In this document: positions 26,173 through 37,404 of the stretch, piece after piece
How positions within the stretch are numbered: position 1 is the stretch's first letter
How the letters are laid out: each line of letters starts with the position of its first letter
Assembly (NCBI GenBank): GCA_029263295.1
Contig: JAJCXT010000053.1
Coordinates: 3,889-67,888, forward strand
Source of the DNA: Acidobacteriota bacterium
GTDB lineage: Bacteria; Acidobacteriota; UBA890; WLXD01
Direction of reading: 5' to 3'
Length of the DNA stretch: 64,000 nucleotides
Translations under genes and position numbers: made by a program
Notes under the pieces: model-generated
Told to the model about the DNA's origin: nothing
Seen by the model: the letters and a program-made list of their open reading frames with translations, nothing else
The model's database searches: none

Positions 26173-27207
26173 TTATACCGCCCGCGGCGGCTGTTTCTCT
26201 GCGCCTAGATTCCGCCCCAGGCCGCGGAACGTCTCAGAGACAAGGCCGCCGCGCACGAGCAGAACGAGGCCGACGGCGGCTAGCGGAAGGAAAGCGACCG
26301 CGTGACTGATGATCGCGTAGGCCACCGCCGCGTCATTGTCCACGCCAAACAGCCCTACCAGGCCGAGTTGCGCGACCTTGTGAAATGCGCCCACTCCCGC
26401 GGGCGTCGGGACGGCGGCGCCCACCACGAGCAATGTCAGGAGCGGAATCGCGCCGTACCAGGGGACCGCGATGTCGACGGCCGCGAACAGCAGCACATAG
26501 GTAAGCACCACAGTCGCCCAGAGGGCGACCGAGCGCAGCAACACCCGCAAGACAGCCATCCGACTGCGCAACCCGGACATACCCGTGAGAAAGGAAACGA
26601 GTACTCTCGCCGCCGCAGCCGGCAGCAACCGCTCAACACCCGACTCCACCCTTCGACGGATGGACGTATTGCGCGCGGCAGCGATCCCCACAACGCCACC
26701 CACCGCAAGAGCTGCTAGCAGCCCCATGCCGGCAGACCGCAGCACCGTCATCGTGGCGGCGCCGTCGACGGTCAGTGCTGTTGGGGCCGGCGCCAGCAGG
26801 AGATAGCCCGCCAGCAGGGTGAGGATCGCAACCACGTCGAACAGCCGCTCGAGAACTACGGAGCCAAGTCCGGCGCTCGCGGCGACGGGCGCCCGGCGCG
26901 AGAGAAACACCGGCCGCGCTACCTCCCCCAGCCTGCCCGGCAGCAGCACCGACACCGACCAGCCCATCAGAATCGCGGCCCAGAGGTCGCGCACGGCATA
27001 GCTCCCGAGCGGTGACAGCAACTGCCGCCAGCGCCAGGCACGCTGCAGACTCGTGAACGCGACCGTCAGGCATGCCAGGGCCACCAGGCGCAGGTCAGCC
27101 TGGCGCAGAAGGATGGCGACCTGAGACAAATCCGCGCGGCGCAGGAACCATGCGACCAGGGCCACTGCCAGGACAACGCCAACCACGAACTGTGTTCGCC
27201 TGGACAT
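26173..27207 (-). CDS. flippase-like membrane protein (lysylphosphatidylglycerol synthase TM region / UPF0104 family)
   Basis: Polytopic. ..FLRRADLSQVAILLRQADLRLVALACLTVAFTSLQRAWRWRQLL.. is typical of the family. I prefer ATG 27207 (MSRRTQFVV) over the track start at 27312. Confidence 0.65.
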   Translation of the reverse strand: MSRRTQFVVGVVLAVALVAWFLRRADLSQVAILLRQADLRLVALACLTVAFTSLQRAWRWRQLLSPLGSYAVRDLWAAILMGWSVSVLLPGRLGEVARPVFLSRRAPVAASAGLGSVVLERLFDVVAILTLLAGYLLLAPAPTALTVDGAATMTVLRSAGMGLLAALAVGGVVGIAAARNTSIRRRVESGVERLLPAAAARVLVSFLTGMSGLRSRMAVLRVLLRSVALWATVVLTYVLLFAAVDIAVPWYGAIPLLTLLVVGAAVPTPAGVGAFHKVAQLGLVGLFGVDNDAAVAYAIISHAVAFLPLAAVGLVLLVRGGLVSETFRGLGRNLGAEKQPPRAV

Positions 27208-27327
27208 TGGATCGGGTTCTCGGTTGGCGGTGCGCAGGAGATTCCGCCGAACCGTACCGGCTGGGCAGTTGCGTCGCAATCGAATAGACTGCGCGGCTCT
27301 ATCCGCCGCCAATCCACGCAGCGAGCC

Positions 27328-28074
27328 ATGTCCACTAACCCCGACGTCGCCAACGCGATCGCGGCGGCTGGACGCGACCTGAACAGCCGCGGCCTACTCG
27401 CCTCGTACGAGGGCAACATCAGTGTCCGGCTGGACTCTGAGCGTCTGCTCACAACGCCCACCGGGGTGCATAAAGGCCGCCTCGACCCGGGCGAAATGGT
27501 AGTGGTGGATCGGCGCGGCGCGGCCATCGGTGGCGGCCAGCCCTCGTCCGAAATCAAACTGCACCTGGCCATCTACGAGGAACGCGAGGACGCGGGCGCG
27601 ATCGTCCACGCCCATCCGCCCACGGCTACCGGGTACGCCGTCGCTGGCAAGGAGCTGCCCCGCGCCGCACTCGCGGAGACCGTCGCGATGTTCGGGTGTG
27701 TGCCGGTGGCGCCCTACGGCACTCCTTCGACGGAAGCTCTCGCCGACTCGGTGCGCGAGCCGATCCGGACTTTCGACGTCGTTCTGTTGGCCAACCATGG
27801 GGCGGTTACTGTGGGCGCTGACCTGGAGCAGGCCGTCGAGCGCATGGCACAGCTCGAGCACTTCGCCCACATCGCCCTCGTTGCCCATCTACTGGGAGGC
27901 GCGCACAGCTTCAGCCCCGCCCAGGTAGACGAACTCTCGCGCCTGCGACAATCTGCCGGTGCCGGGCCCGTCCCTTCAGCCTGTTACCCTGCGGCAGACG
28001 AATCCGGCAACATTACGCTCACCCGCAAGGAACTCGTCGGTTTGATCGCCGACGCCGTACGACGCATCCGCTAG
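27328..28074 (+). CDS. class II (Zn-dependent) aldolase/adducin-family enzyme with C-terminal encapsulation-peptide-like extension
   Basis: 248 aa. The FucA/RhaD-like core has YEGNISVR, PSSEIKLH (Glu), VHAHPP (2 His) and LANHGAVTVG (His). It is followed by a Gly/Pro/Ala linker (aa 209-228) and the amphipathic helix ITLTRKELVGLIADAVRRIR (aa 229-248). It sits directly upstream of the BMC shell genes. Confidence 0.85.
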   Translation: MSTNPDVANAIAAAGRDLNSRGLLASYEGNISVRLDSERLLTTPTGVHKGRLDPGEMVVVDRRGAAIGGGQPSSEIKLHLAIYEEREDAGAIVHAHPPTATGYAVAGKELPRAALAETVAMFGCVPVAPYGTPSTEALADSVREPIRTFDVVLLANHGAVTVGADLEQAVERMAQLEHFAHIALVAHLLGGAHSFSPAQVDELSRLRQSAGAGPVPSACYPAADESGNITLTRKELVGLIADAVRRIR

Positions 28075-28122
28075 CATGGAGGCGGATGACGGCCGGCGCG
28101 CTTGGAACCAGGAGGAACTGTG

Positions 28123-28413
28123 ATGGCAGAATACGGGGAAGCCCTCGGGCTGGTGGAAACACGTGGCTTCGTGGGGATGGTGGAGGCCTCCGACGCGATG
28201 GTGAAGGCCGCCAAGGTCACGATCATCGGTTACGAGAAGGTCGGCGGTGGCCTCGTTACAGCGATCGTTCGAGGCGATGTCGCTGCCGTGAAATCGGCGA
28301 CCGACGCTGGCGCTGCCGCGGCACGCCGCGTAGGCGAGTTGGTCTCGGTGCACGTGATCCCGCGTCCGCACGACAGTCTTGAAGAGACTCTGCCGATCGG
28401 ACAGAGCACCTAG
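28123..28413 (+). CDS. bacterial microcompartment shell protein BMC-H (PduA/EutM/CcmK fold)
   Basis: [83 protein letters not shown] is a canonical PF00936 sequence. ATG 28123 follows AGGAGG (28110-28115). The track start at TTG 28102 was rejected. Confidence 0.92.
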   Translation: MAEYGEALGLVETRGFVGMVEASDAMVKAAKVTIIGYEKVGGGLVTAIVRGDVAAVKSATDAGAAAARRVGELVSVHVIPRPHDSLEETLPIGQST

Positions 28414-28431
28414 CCGAACGGAGTCGCAGCA

Positions 28432-28704
28432 GTGTTCCTGGCACGCGTCGTCGGTTCTGTCGTGGCCACTCATAAGGACCCGCGGCTGGAGAGCCTGAAG
28501 CTCCTCCTGGTGGTACCGGTGACTCCTGACGGCGAAGACGAGGGCGGCTATCAGGTGGCGGTCGACACTGTGAATGCGGGGTTTCGCGAAACGGTGATCT
28601 GCGTGCGCGGATCGTCCGCGCGCATGGCGCATGGCATCGGCGATCGGCCGGTCGACACCGCCATCATCGGCATCGTCGATAGCGCCGATCTAGACGAAGC
28701 CTGA
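28432..28704 (+). CDS. BMC vertex protein BMC-P (EutN/CcmL family), paralog 1
   Basis: 90 aa. MFLARVVGSVVATHKDPRLESLKLLLV.P......GGYQVAVDTVNAG..E.V....GSSAR......PVDTAIIGIVDS. GTG start with GGAG 8 nt upstream. Confidence 0.9.
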   Translation: MFLARVVGSVVATHKDPRLESLKLLLVVPVTPDGEDEGGYQVAVDTVNAGFRETVICVRGSSARMAHGIGDRPVDTAIIGIVDSADLDEA

Positions 28705-28715
28705 GCTGACGCGCC

Positions 28716-29012
28716 GTGGACCTCGCGCGCGTCGTCGGCACCGTGGTGAGCGTGGTCAAGGACCCGCAACTTGTCGGCATCAAGCTACTGCTGATTCGTC
28801 CGGTCGACCCACAGGGCCAGTTCACGGGAAGCGCCATGATCGCGCTCGATGCGATCGGCGCGGGTCCTGGTGAGACAGTCTTCTACGTAACCGGTAAGGA
28901 AGCGTCGTTCGCGTTCCTGCCAGAGCACGTGCCGGCGGATGTTTCGGTTGTCGCGATCGTCGACCACGTGGACGAGTCCACCGACGCTCGCGGCAAGCGG
29001 AGGCAGACATGA
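28716..29012 (+). CDS. BMC vertex protein BMC-P (EutN/CcmL family), paralog 2
   Basis: 98 aa. MDLARVVGTVVSVVKDPQLVGIKLLLIRPVD...MIALDAIGAGPGETVFYVTG.E........PADVSVVAIVDHV plus the basic tail ESTDARGKRRQT. Confidence 0.9.
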   Translation: MDLARVVGTVVSVVKDPQLVGIKLLLIRPVDPQGQFTGSAMIALDAIGAGPGETVFYVTGKEASFAFLPEHVPADVSVVAIVDHVDESTDARGKRRQT

Positions 29013-29281
29013 TTCTCGGACGCGTCGTGGGAACTGTCGTCGCGTCGCAGAAACACGAGAAGTACGCCGGCAGTAAGCTCCTCCTCGTGCAGCCCGTGAA
29101 CTTGGCGGGCGACGATGATGGCGATGAGTTGATCGCTGTCGACAGCGTAGGCGCGGGGGCGGGCGAGACCGTTCTTGTCGTGCAGGAGGGCCGGTCGACC
29201 AGCATGGCCATGGGGACCGACCTGGCGCCCGCCAATGCCGCCATCGTTGGCGTCGTCGATCAGGTAGACCTGCACGACTGA
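29009..29281 (+). CDS. BMC vertex protein BMC-P (EutN/CcmL family), paralog 3
   Basis: 90 aa. MILGRVVGTVVASQKHEKYAGSKLLLVQPVN.....ELIAVDSVGAGAGETVLVVQEGRS......PANAAIVGVVDQV. ATGA overlap with paralog 2 and a GGAGG SD. Confidence 0.9.
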   Translation: MILGRVVGTVVASQKHEKYAGSKLLLVQPVNLAGDDDGDELIAVDSVGAGAGETVLVVQEGRSTSMAMGTDLAPANAAIVGVVDQVDLHD

Positions 29282-29326
29282 TCGCGTCCGCAGAATCTCA
29301 TCAGTGACAATCTCAGGAGAACGTTC

Positions 29327-30256
<930 letters not shown>

Positions 30257-30262
30257 CGGCCG

Positions 30263-30907
30263 GTGGCCGCCACGACACTGCGCGTCGGACTCACCGGCAA
30301 CATCGGCGCGGGCAAGTCCACCGTGGCGGCGCTGCTGGATGGACCCGGCTTCATGATCGTGGATGCCGACCGCCTCGGCCACCTGGTCCTCGAGGATGAT
30401 GAGGCGCGCGAGCTGATCGTCGATCAACTCGGTGCGGACATCCTCGACGCCACCGGCAGAATCGACCGAACGCTTCTGGGCAAGCTCGTTTTCAGTGATT
30501 CAGGGGCTCGCGAGCGGCTCGAAGCGATCGTGCACCCGCGAATCAGGGCGACCGAGGATGAGCGCGTTGCCACGTGGGGCGTGACCCCGGGCATCGCGGT
30601 GACTGAGGCTGCCCTCCTGGTCGAGACCGGCGGCCACGAGCGCTATCACCGGCTGGTGGTGGTGAACGCACCGCGGCACACGCGGGTGGCGCGCCTGGCC
30701 GTTCGAGGTATGCGCCCGGCAGATGCTGAACGGCGCATGGCGGCCCAGATGTCCGACGCCGACAAGGCAGCTGCCGCGGACTATGTCGTAGACAACGGTG
30801 GAGATCCCGAAGACACCGCCGCACAGGTCGCGACGGTCCGTGAGCATCTCCAGGAGGACCTGCGCGCACTCTGCGCCGGGCTCAGCCTTCCACCTCGCCA
30901 ACGGTGA
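30263..30907 (+). CDS. coaE: dephospho-CoA kinase
   Basis: 214 aa. VGLTGNIGAGKSTVAALL P-loop, then ..DADRLGH.... with typical CoaE length and layout. Confidence 0.85.
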   Translation: MAATTLRVGLTGNIGAGKSTVAALLDGPGFMIVDADRLGHLVLEDDEARELIVDQLGADILDATGRIDRTLLGKLVFSDSGARERLEAIVHPRIRATEDERVATWGVTPGIAVTEAALLVETGGHERYHRLVVVNAPRHTRVARLAVRGMRPADAERRMAAQMSDADKAAAADYVVDNGGDPEDTAAQVATVREHLQEDLRALCAGLSLPPRQR

Positions 30908-31265
30908 AGTCGATCCGCGGGTCACATCCGACCGTCACCCTGGCAATGCGGTAGGTCTCGCCCACCGCCTGGCTGCGCAGTTGCTCCAACAGCCATGTTG
31001 CGACCGCAACCGGCGAAGCGTCCGTCGCGCGCAGCTCCTCCGTTTCCTCGAGGGTCGCGCCCTGCAGACGCGCCAGCAGATCGTCCGTCTGCTGCCGCAG
31101 CTTGCGAAAGTCAACGACGATCGCGATGCGGTCGAGTTGTTCGGACGCGGCGCATACCGATACCCGCCAGCGGTGCTCGTGAACGGGGATCTCCGCTCCG
31201 TCCGCCCCCAACCCATGGCTGGCAACGAATTCCACGTCGACCTGTACGCCGTAAGAGTCACTCAA
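30882..31265 (-). CDS. 6-pyruvoyl-tetrahydropterin synthase / QueD family protein
   Basis: 127 aa. VEFVASHGL....VHEHRWRV (His triad pattern) and ..IVVDFRKL.. The catalytic Cys of bona fide QueD is not evident. ATGA overlap with the lapB stop. Confidence 0.55.
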   Translation of the reverse strand: MSDSYGVQVDVEFVASHGLGADGAEIPVHEHRWRVSVCAASEQLDRIAIVVDFRKLRQQTDDLLARLQGATLEETEELRATDASPVAVATWLLEQLRSQAVGETYRIARVTVGCDPRIDFTVGEVEG

Positions 31266-32434
31266 TCCTGGCGCTCCTCAGCCATGGTGTTCCACCGATG
31301 GCAATGCAGGCAGCGCGCAAATAGCTCCACGCTCTTGAATCCACAGCGCAGGCAGACGAACGGATCCATGAGGCGCGAATCGTCGAGCACCGCTTCGAGC
31401 ATCTCGCTGAACTCCTCGATACCGCCGCCGCGCTGCCGCAGCAATCGCCACACCTCCCGCTGTACGGCGAGCGACCCCGGTCGCTCGCGCAGCGCCCGCT
31501 GCAGAATGAGCTCCGCTTGCTCAGTATCACCCTGTGCGAGGCGAACTCGGGCCAAGTACAGCCCGGCTCGCCAGGCACGCGCGTCGCGTTCCAGAATGGA
31601 CTCACAGGCTGCTGCCAGCGGCGCATCATCGGCCAGTACCTCGCACAGTTCGGCCAGCGTGGACAAAGCCGCTGTGGCCCACGGGGTCGGTGCACCGACG
31701 GCCTGCTCGAGCTGTTCGAGCGCCTCGGCGTGCCTGCCGTTGCTCATGAATGACACGGCAAGCCCTTGGCGTGCCGGCGCGTAGTCCGGTCGAATGTCCA
31801 GCGCGGTGCGGAAGTGCCGCGCGGCCCGTTCGGGATCGTGGCCGACGAGCGCGCGGCCCCACTCAGTTTCGAGGGCCGCCAGAAGGTTCGGCTCGGTCCC
31901 ACGCGAGGCGCGCTGGATTCGTCTTTGGAAGGCAAGCGCGTCTTCCCATCGCCCGGTCTCTTCGGCGATCCGCTGCAGCCCATACAAACACGCGACGTTG
32001 TCCGGCTCTCGCTCAGCCACCTCACGAAACGTCCGCTCGGCGCGATCGACAAAGCCGGCCCGTTTGAAATCCATCGCGAGGCAGAACAACACCTGCGTAC
32101 GTTCCCATTCGGACAGGTTCGGTCGGTGCAGGAGACTCTTGTGAGCATCGATCGCCCGCTCTGTCTGCCCGCTCTCTCGAAACAGGTTGCCAAGCGCCAG
32201 GTACGCCTCCACCGCCTCGGTTTCCTGGCGCACCGCCTGTGACAACTCGCGGATCGCCTGGTCCGGCTCGTGCGAAACGAGGTAGTTCAAGCCGAGAAGA
32301 TAGTGGGGCCGGCCACGGCGACTGGGCGACTTCGAGGCCGGCGTGCGGACGCGAGCCCACAGGTCACCTAGCAGAGCACCCACCGCCAACAGGGCAAGCG
32401 CCATGCCGAGCGTCAGGGGCCAGCCTCCCCCCAT
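31262..32434 (-). CDS. lapB: LPS assembly regulator LapB/YciM-like TPR protein
   Basis: 390 aa with an N-terminal TM, multiple TPR repeats and a C-terminal rubredoxin-like CxxC...CxxC (FVCLRCGFKSVELFARCLHCHRWNTM). Embedded in the Kdo gene block. Confidence 0.8.
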   Translation of the reverse strand: MGGGWPLTLGMALALLAVGALLGDLWARVRTPASKSPSRRGRPHYLLGLNYLVSHEPDQAIRELSQAVRQETEAVEAYLALGNLFRESGQTERAIDAHKSLLHRPNLSEWERTQVLFCLAMDFKRAGFVDRAERTFREVAEREPDNVACLYGLQRIAEETGRWEDALAFQRRIQRASRGTEPNLLAALETEWGRALVGHDPERAARHFRTALDIRPDYAPARQGLAVSFMSNGRHAEALEQLEQAVGAPTPWATAALSTLAELCEVLADDAPLAAACESILERDARAWRAGLYLARVRLAQGDTEQAELILQRALRERPGSLAVQREVWRLLRQRGGGIEEFSEMLEAVLDDSRLMDPFVCLRCGFKSVELFARCLHCHRWNTMAEERQD

Positions 32435-32988
32435 CAGCCCTTCCCTGCCCGATCCTGATAGTCGGCCATCACCTGCTCCCCGAGGCCTCGCGCCTGGACG
32501 ATGTCATCGATCAACTCACGGAGAGCGCCTCGCCCTCCAGCCGTCGACAGAACCCAGTCGGCCTCCGCCAGCACCCTGCGATTGGCATCGGCTACCGCAA
32601 CGCCGAGGCCGGCGCGACGCATGGCGGGGAGATCGACCAGGTCGTCGCCCAGGAACGCCGTGAGGTCGGAGTCGATTCCCAGATCCGCCTCCACTTCTGC
32701 GCACGCCGAGACCTTGTCGAACGTAGCCTGTCGCAGGCTCAGGACTGGTAGCTCGGAGAATCGCCGGGCAACCGCGGCCGATTCGCGAGCCGTCACCACC
32801 AGGACTGGCAGCCCGATGACGCGAGCGATGTAAACCGCGCTCCCATCGCGAACATTGAAGATCTTGGTCTCTGTATCGGCGCCCGTGTAAGCGATCGACC
32901 CGTCCGTGAGCACACCGTCGACGTCAGTCGTCAGGAGCCGCAGGTCGCGGAGCCGCTCTTCGTACTGCTCGCGCGTCAGCCTGGCCAT
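32434..32988 (-). CDS. kdsC: 3-deoxy-D-manno-octulosonate-8-phosphate phosphatase (HAD IIIA)
   Basis: ..LLTTDVDGVLTDGSIAY.......K.FNVRDG......R..G.PV.VVT.R.S..V..R..EL.. I prefer ATG 32988 (TGATG overlap with the kdsD stop) over the track start at 33009. Confidence 0.85.
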   Translation of the reverse strand: MARLTREQYEERLRDLRLLTTDVDGVLTDGSIAYTGADTETKIFNVRDGSAVYIARVIGLPVLVVTARESAAVARRFSELPVLSLRQATFDKVSACAEVEADLGIDSDLTAFLGDDLVDLPAMRRAGLGVAVADANRRVLAEADWVLSTAGGRGALRELIDDIVQARGLGEQVMADYQDRAGKG

Positions 32989-33986
32989 CAGATCATCTGG
33001 GTACGCCACAGGTCGTGCAGATGCACGACCCCGACGAGACGAGCGGACTCGTCAGTCACCGTCAGACAGGTGATCCGGCCCTCCTCCAACAGACGCAGCG
33101 CCTCGGTGGCGAGGGCATCCGGACCGATCCGTGCGGGATCTACCGTCATGCATTCGGCCACGGGCAGGTCGAGAGATGTCTCGCGCTCCATCAGCCGGCG
33201 CAGATCGCCGTCGGTCAGAATGCCGGCAACGCCTTGGTCAGGATCACAGATGACCGTCATCCCGAGCCCCTTGGCGCTCATCTCGGCAACGGCGTCGCGC
33301 AGCGGTGCGGCCTGAGGCACGCATGGCAGCTGAGCGCCCGTGTGCATGACCGTGGCGACGCGAAGGAGACGCCGGCCAAGCGATCCACGGGGATGGAAAC
33401 CGGCGAAGTCCTCCGGCCCGAAGCCGCGCTCCTGCAGTAGAGCCATCGCCAGCGCGTCACCCAGGGCGAGCGCGGCGGTCGTGGAGGCGGTTGGCGCGAG
33501 CCCTAGCGGGCAGGCCTCCTCCTCTATCCCCACGTGCAGCACAACGTCAGACTCCCGGGCCAGCGATGAATCCATGTTGCCGACAAACGCGATCAAGCGA
33601 ACATCGAGCCGGCGCATTGAAGGCAGCAAGCCGACAATCTCAGCCGTGTTGCCGGAATGGCTGAGCGCGATGACCGCGTCGCCATCGACGATCATACCGA
33701 GATCCCCGTGGCCGGCCTCGGCCGGATGCAGGAAGAAAGCGGGGCTGCCGGTGGAAGCCAGCGTACCCGCCAGCTTCTTCGCTATGATCCCCGACTTACC
33801 CATCCCGGTACAGACGATGCGGCCGGAGCACTCGAGCAGCACGTCCAGTGCAGCACCGAAGGCCGCCTCGTCGAACTCACGTTCGAGCTTCTCCAGCGCC
33901 TCCGCCTCGGTGCGCACCACCTGGCGCGCGACTTCCAGACTGATCCTACGCCGCTCGGCCTGATCGCCGCCCGAGCCTTCACTCAT
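32988..33986 (-). CDS. kdsD: arabinose-5-phosphate isomerase (KdsD/KpsF; SIS + tandem CBS)
   Basis: 332 aa. RIVCTGMGKSGIIAKKLAGTLASTGSPAFFLHPAEAGHGDLG, followed by the CBS pair. Confidence 0.9.
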   Translation of the reverse strand: MSEGSGGDQAERRRISLEVARQVVRTEAEALEKLEREFDEAAFGAALDVLLECSGRIVCTGMGKSGIIAKKLAGTLASTGSPAFFLHPAEAGHGDLGMIVDGDAVIALSHSGNTAEIVGLLPSMRRLDVRLIAFVGNMDSSLARESDVVLHVGIEEEACPLGLAPTASTTAALALGDALAMALLQERGFGPEDFAGFHPRGSLGRRLLRVATVMHTGAQLPCVPQAAPLRDAVAEMSAKGLGMTVICDPDQGVAGILTDGDLRRLMERETSLDLPVAECMTVDPARIGPDALATEALRLLEEGRITCLTVTDESARLVGVVHLHDLWRTQMI

Positions 33987-34799
33987 CAGACGTCTCCTGC
34001 ACGGCCGCGTGCACCCGCGTGACGCGATCGAGCAACCGCGGCAACCTCACGAGCGGCAACTGCGTCGTCGCGTCGCTCAGCGCGGCCGGCGGGTTCTCGT
34101 GCACCTCGATGAACAACACGTCGACCCCCGCGGCTACGCCAGCGGCGGCAAGCGGCACCGCGAACTCAGGCTGGCCACCTGTTCGCCCGCCGGCAGCTGC
34201 AGGCTATGGGTCACATCCAGGATCACCGGGTAGCCGAGCTTCGCGAGCACGGCGAGACCCTTGAAGTCCACGACCAGGTTGTTGTACCCGAAGGAGGCTC
34301 CGCGCTCGGTGATCAGAATCCTCTCGTTGCCCGCCGCCGCTACCTTCTCCGCAACCTTGCCCATGTCCCACGGCGCTAGAAACTGCCCCTTCTTCAGATT
34401 CACGGGGAGTCCGGTCTCGGCGGCGGCGACGATCAAGTCCGTCTGGCGGCAAAGGAACGCGGGAATCTGCAGAACATCCACGACCTCGGCAGCGGCAGCG
34501 ACCTGGCGCACATCGTGCACGTCGGTGAGCAAGGGAACTCCTAGGGCGTCCCCCACCTCTTCGAGTATGCGTAAGCCCTCATCGGGTCCCGGACCGCGGA
34601 AGGAATCTCCCGACGTCCGGTTGGCCTTGTCGTACGAGGCCTTGAACACCCAGTCCACTCCAGCGCTCGCCACGACTTTCTGGATCTGCTCGGCCAACTG
34701 CAGAGCATGGTCGCGGCCCTCGATTACACACGGCCCCGCGATCAGGCCCAGCGCCCCTCCGCCGAAGGTCACGCCGTTCGCGATTCGAACACTGCTCAT
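33979..34799 (-). pseudogene. kdsA: 3-deoxy-8-phosphooctulonate synthase, frameshifted as sequenced
   Basis: From ATG 34799 the sequence is a clean KdsA (MSSVRIANGVTFGGGALGLIAGPCVIEG...KASYDKANRTS...DVTHSLQLPAG). The track frame then ends aberrantly at 34134. My translation of the -1 frame from about 34190 gives RTGGQPEFAVPLAAAGVAAGVDVLFIEVHENPPAALSDATTQLPLVRLPRLLDRV...SDE*, the expected KdsA C-terminus, ending at 33979. One nt appears to be missing near 34190-34193 (CTGCC-GGCGGG). Confidence 0.9.
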
Positions 34800-34803
34800 T
34801 ACG

Positions 34804-37324
<2,521 letters not shown>

Positions 37325-37404
37325 GGCAACTCCTCAGGGCCACCGTGGCCCGACCGACGTTACACCGGCGCCGCCCCAGCCTCAAACTGGAGGTTTCTCG
37401 ACCG

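Noticed and set aside
27208-27327. Promoter for the aldolase/BMC operon in the divergent gap (TTGCGT at 27269)
   Set aside because: No acceptable -10 hexamer occurs at 16-19 nt spacing, and there is no convincing SD before the aldolase ATG. I cannot support a specific site from sequence alone.
28102-28122. TTG 28102 as the BMC-H start (adds MEPGGTV)
   Set aside because: ATG 28123 is preceded by AGGAGG at optimal spacing. BMC-H proteins conventionally begin right at M-x-x-ALG(L/M)(V/I)ET.
29282-29326. Possible ZTP (pfl) riboswitch upstream of folD
   Set aside because: Only 45 nt separate the last BMC-P stop from the folD start. That is too short for the bipartite ZTP aptamer, and no GGGTCGTGAC or CCGCCTGGGC-like cores are seen.
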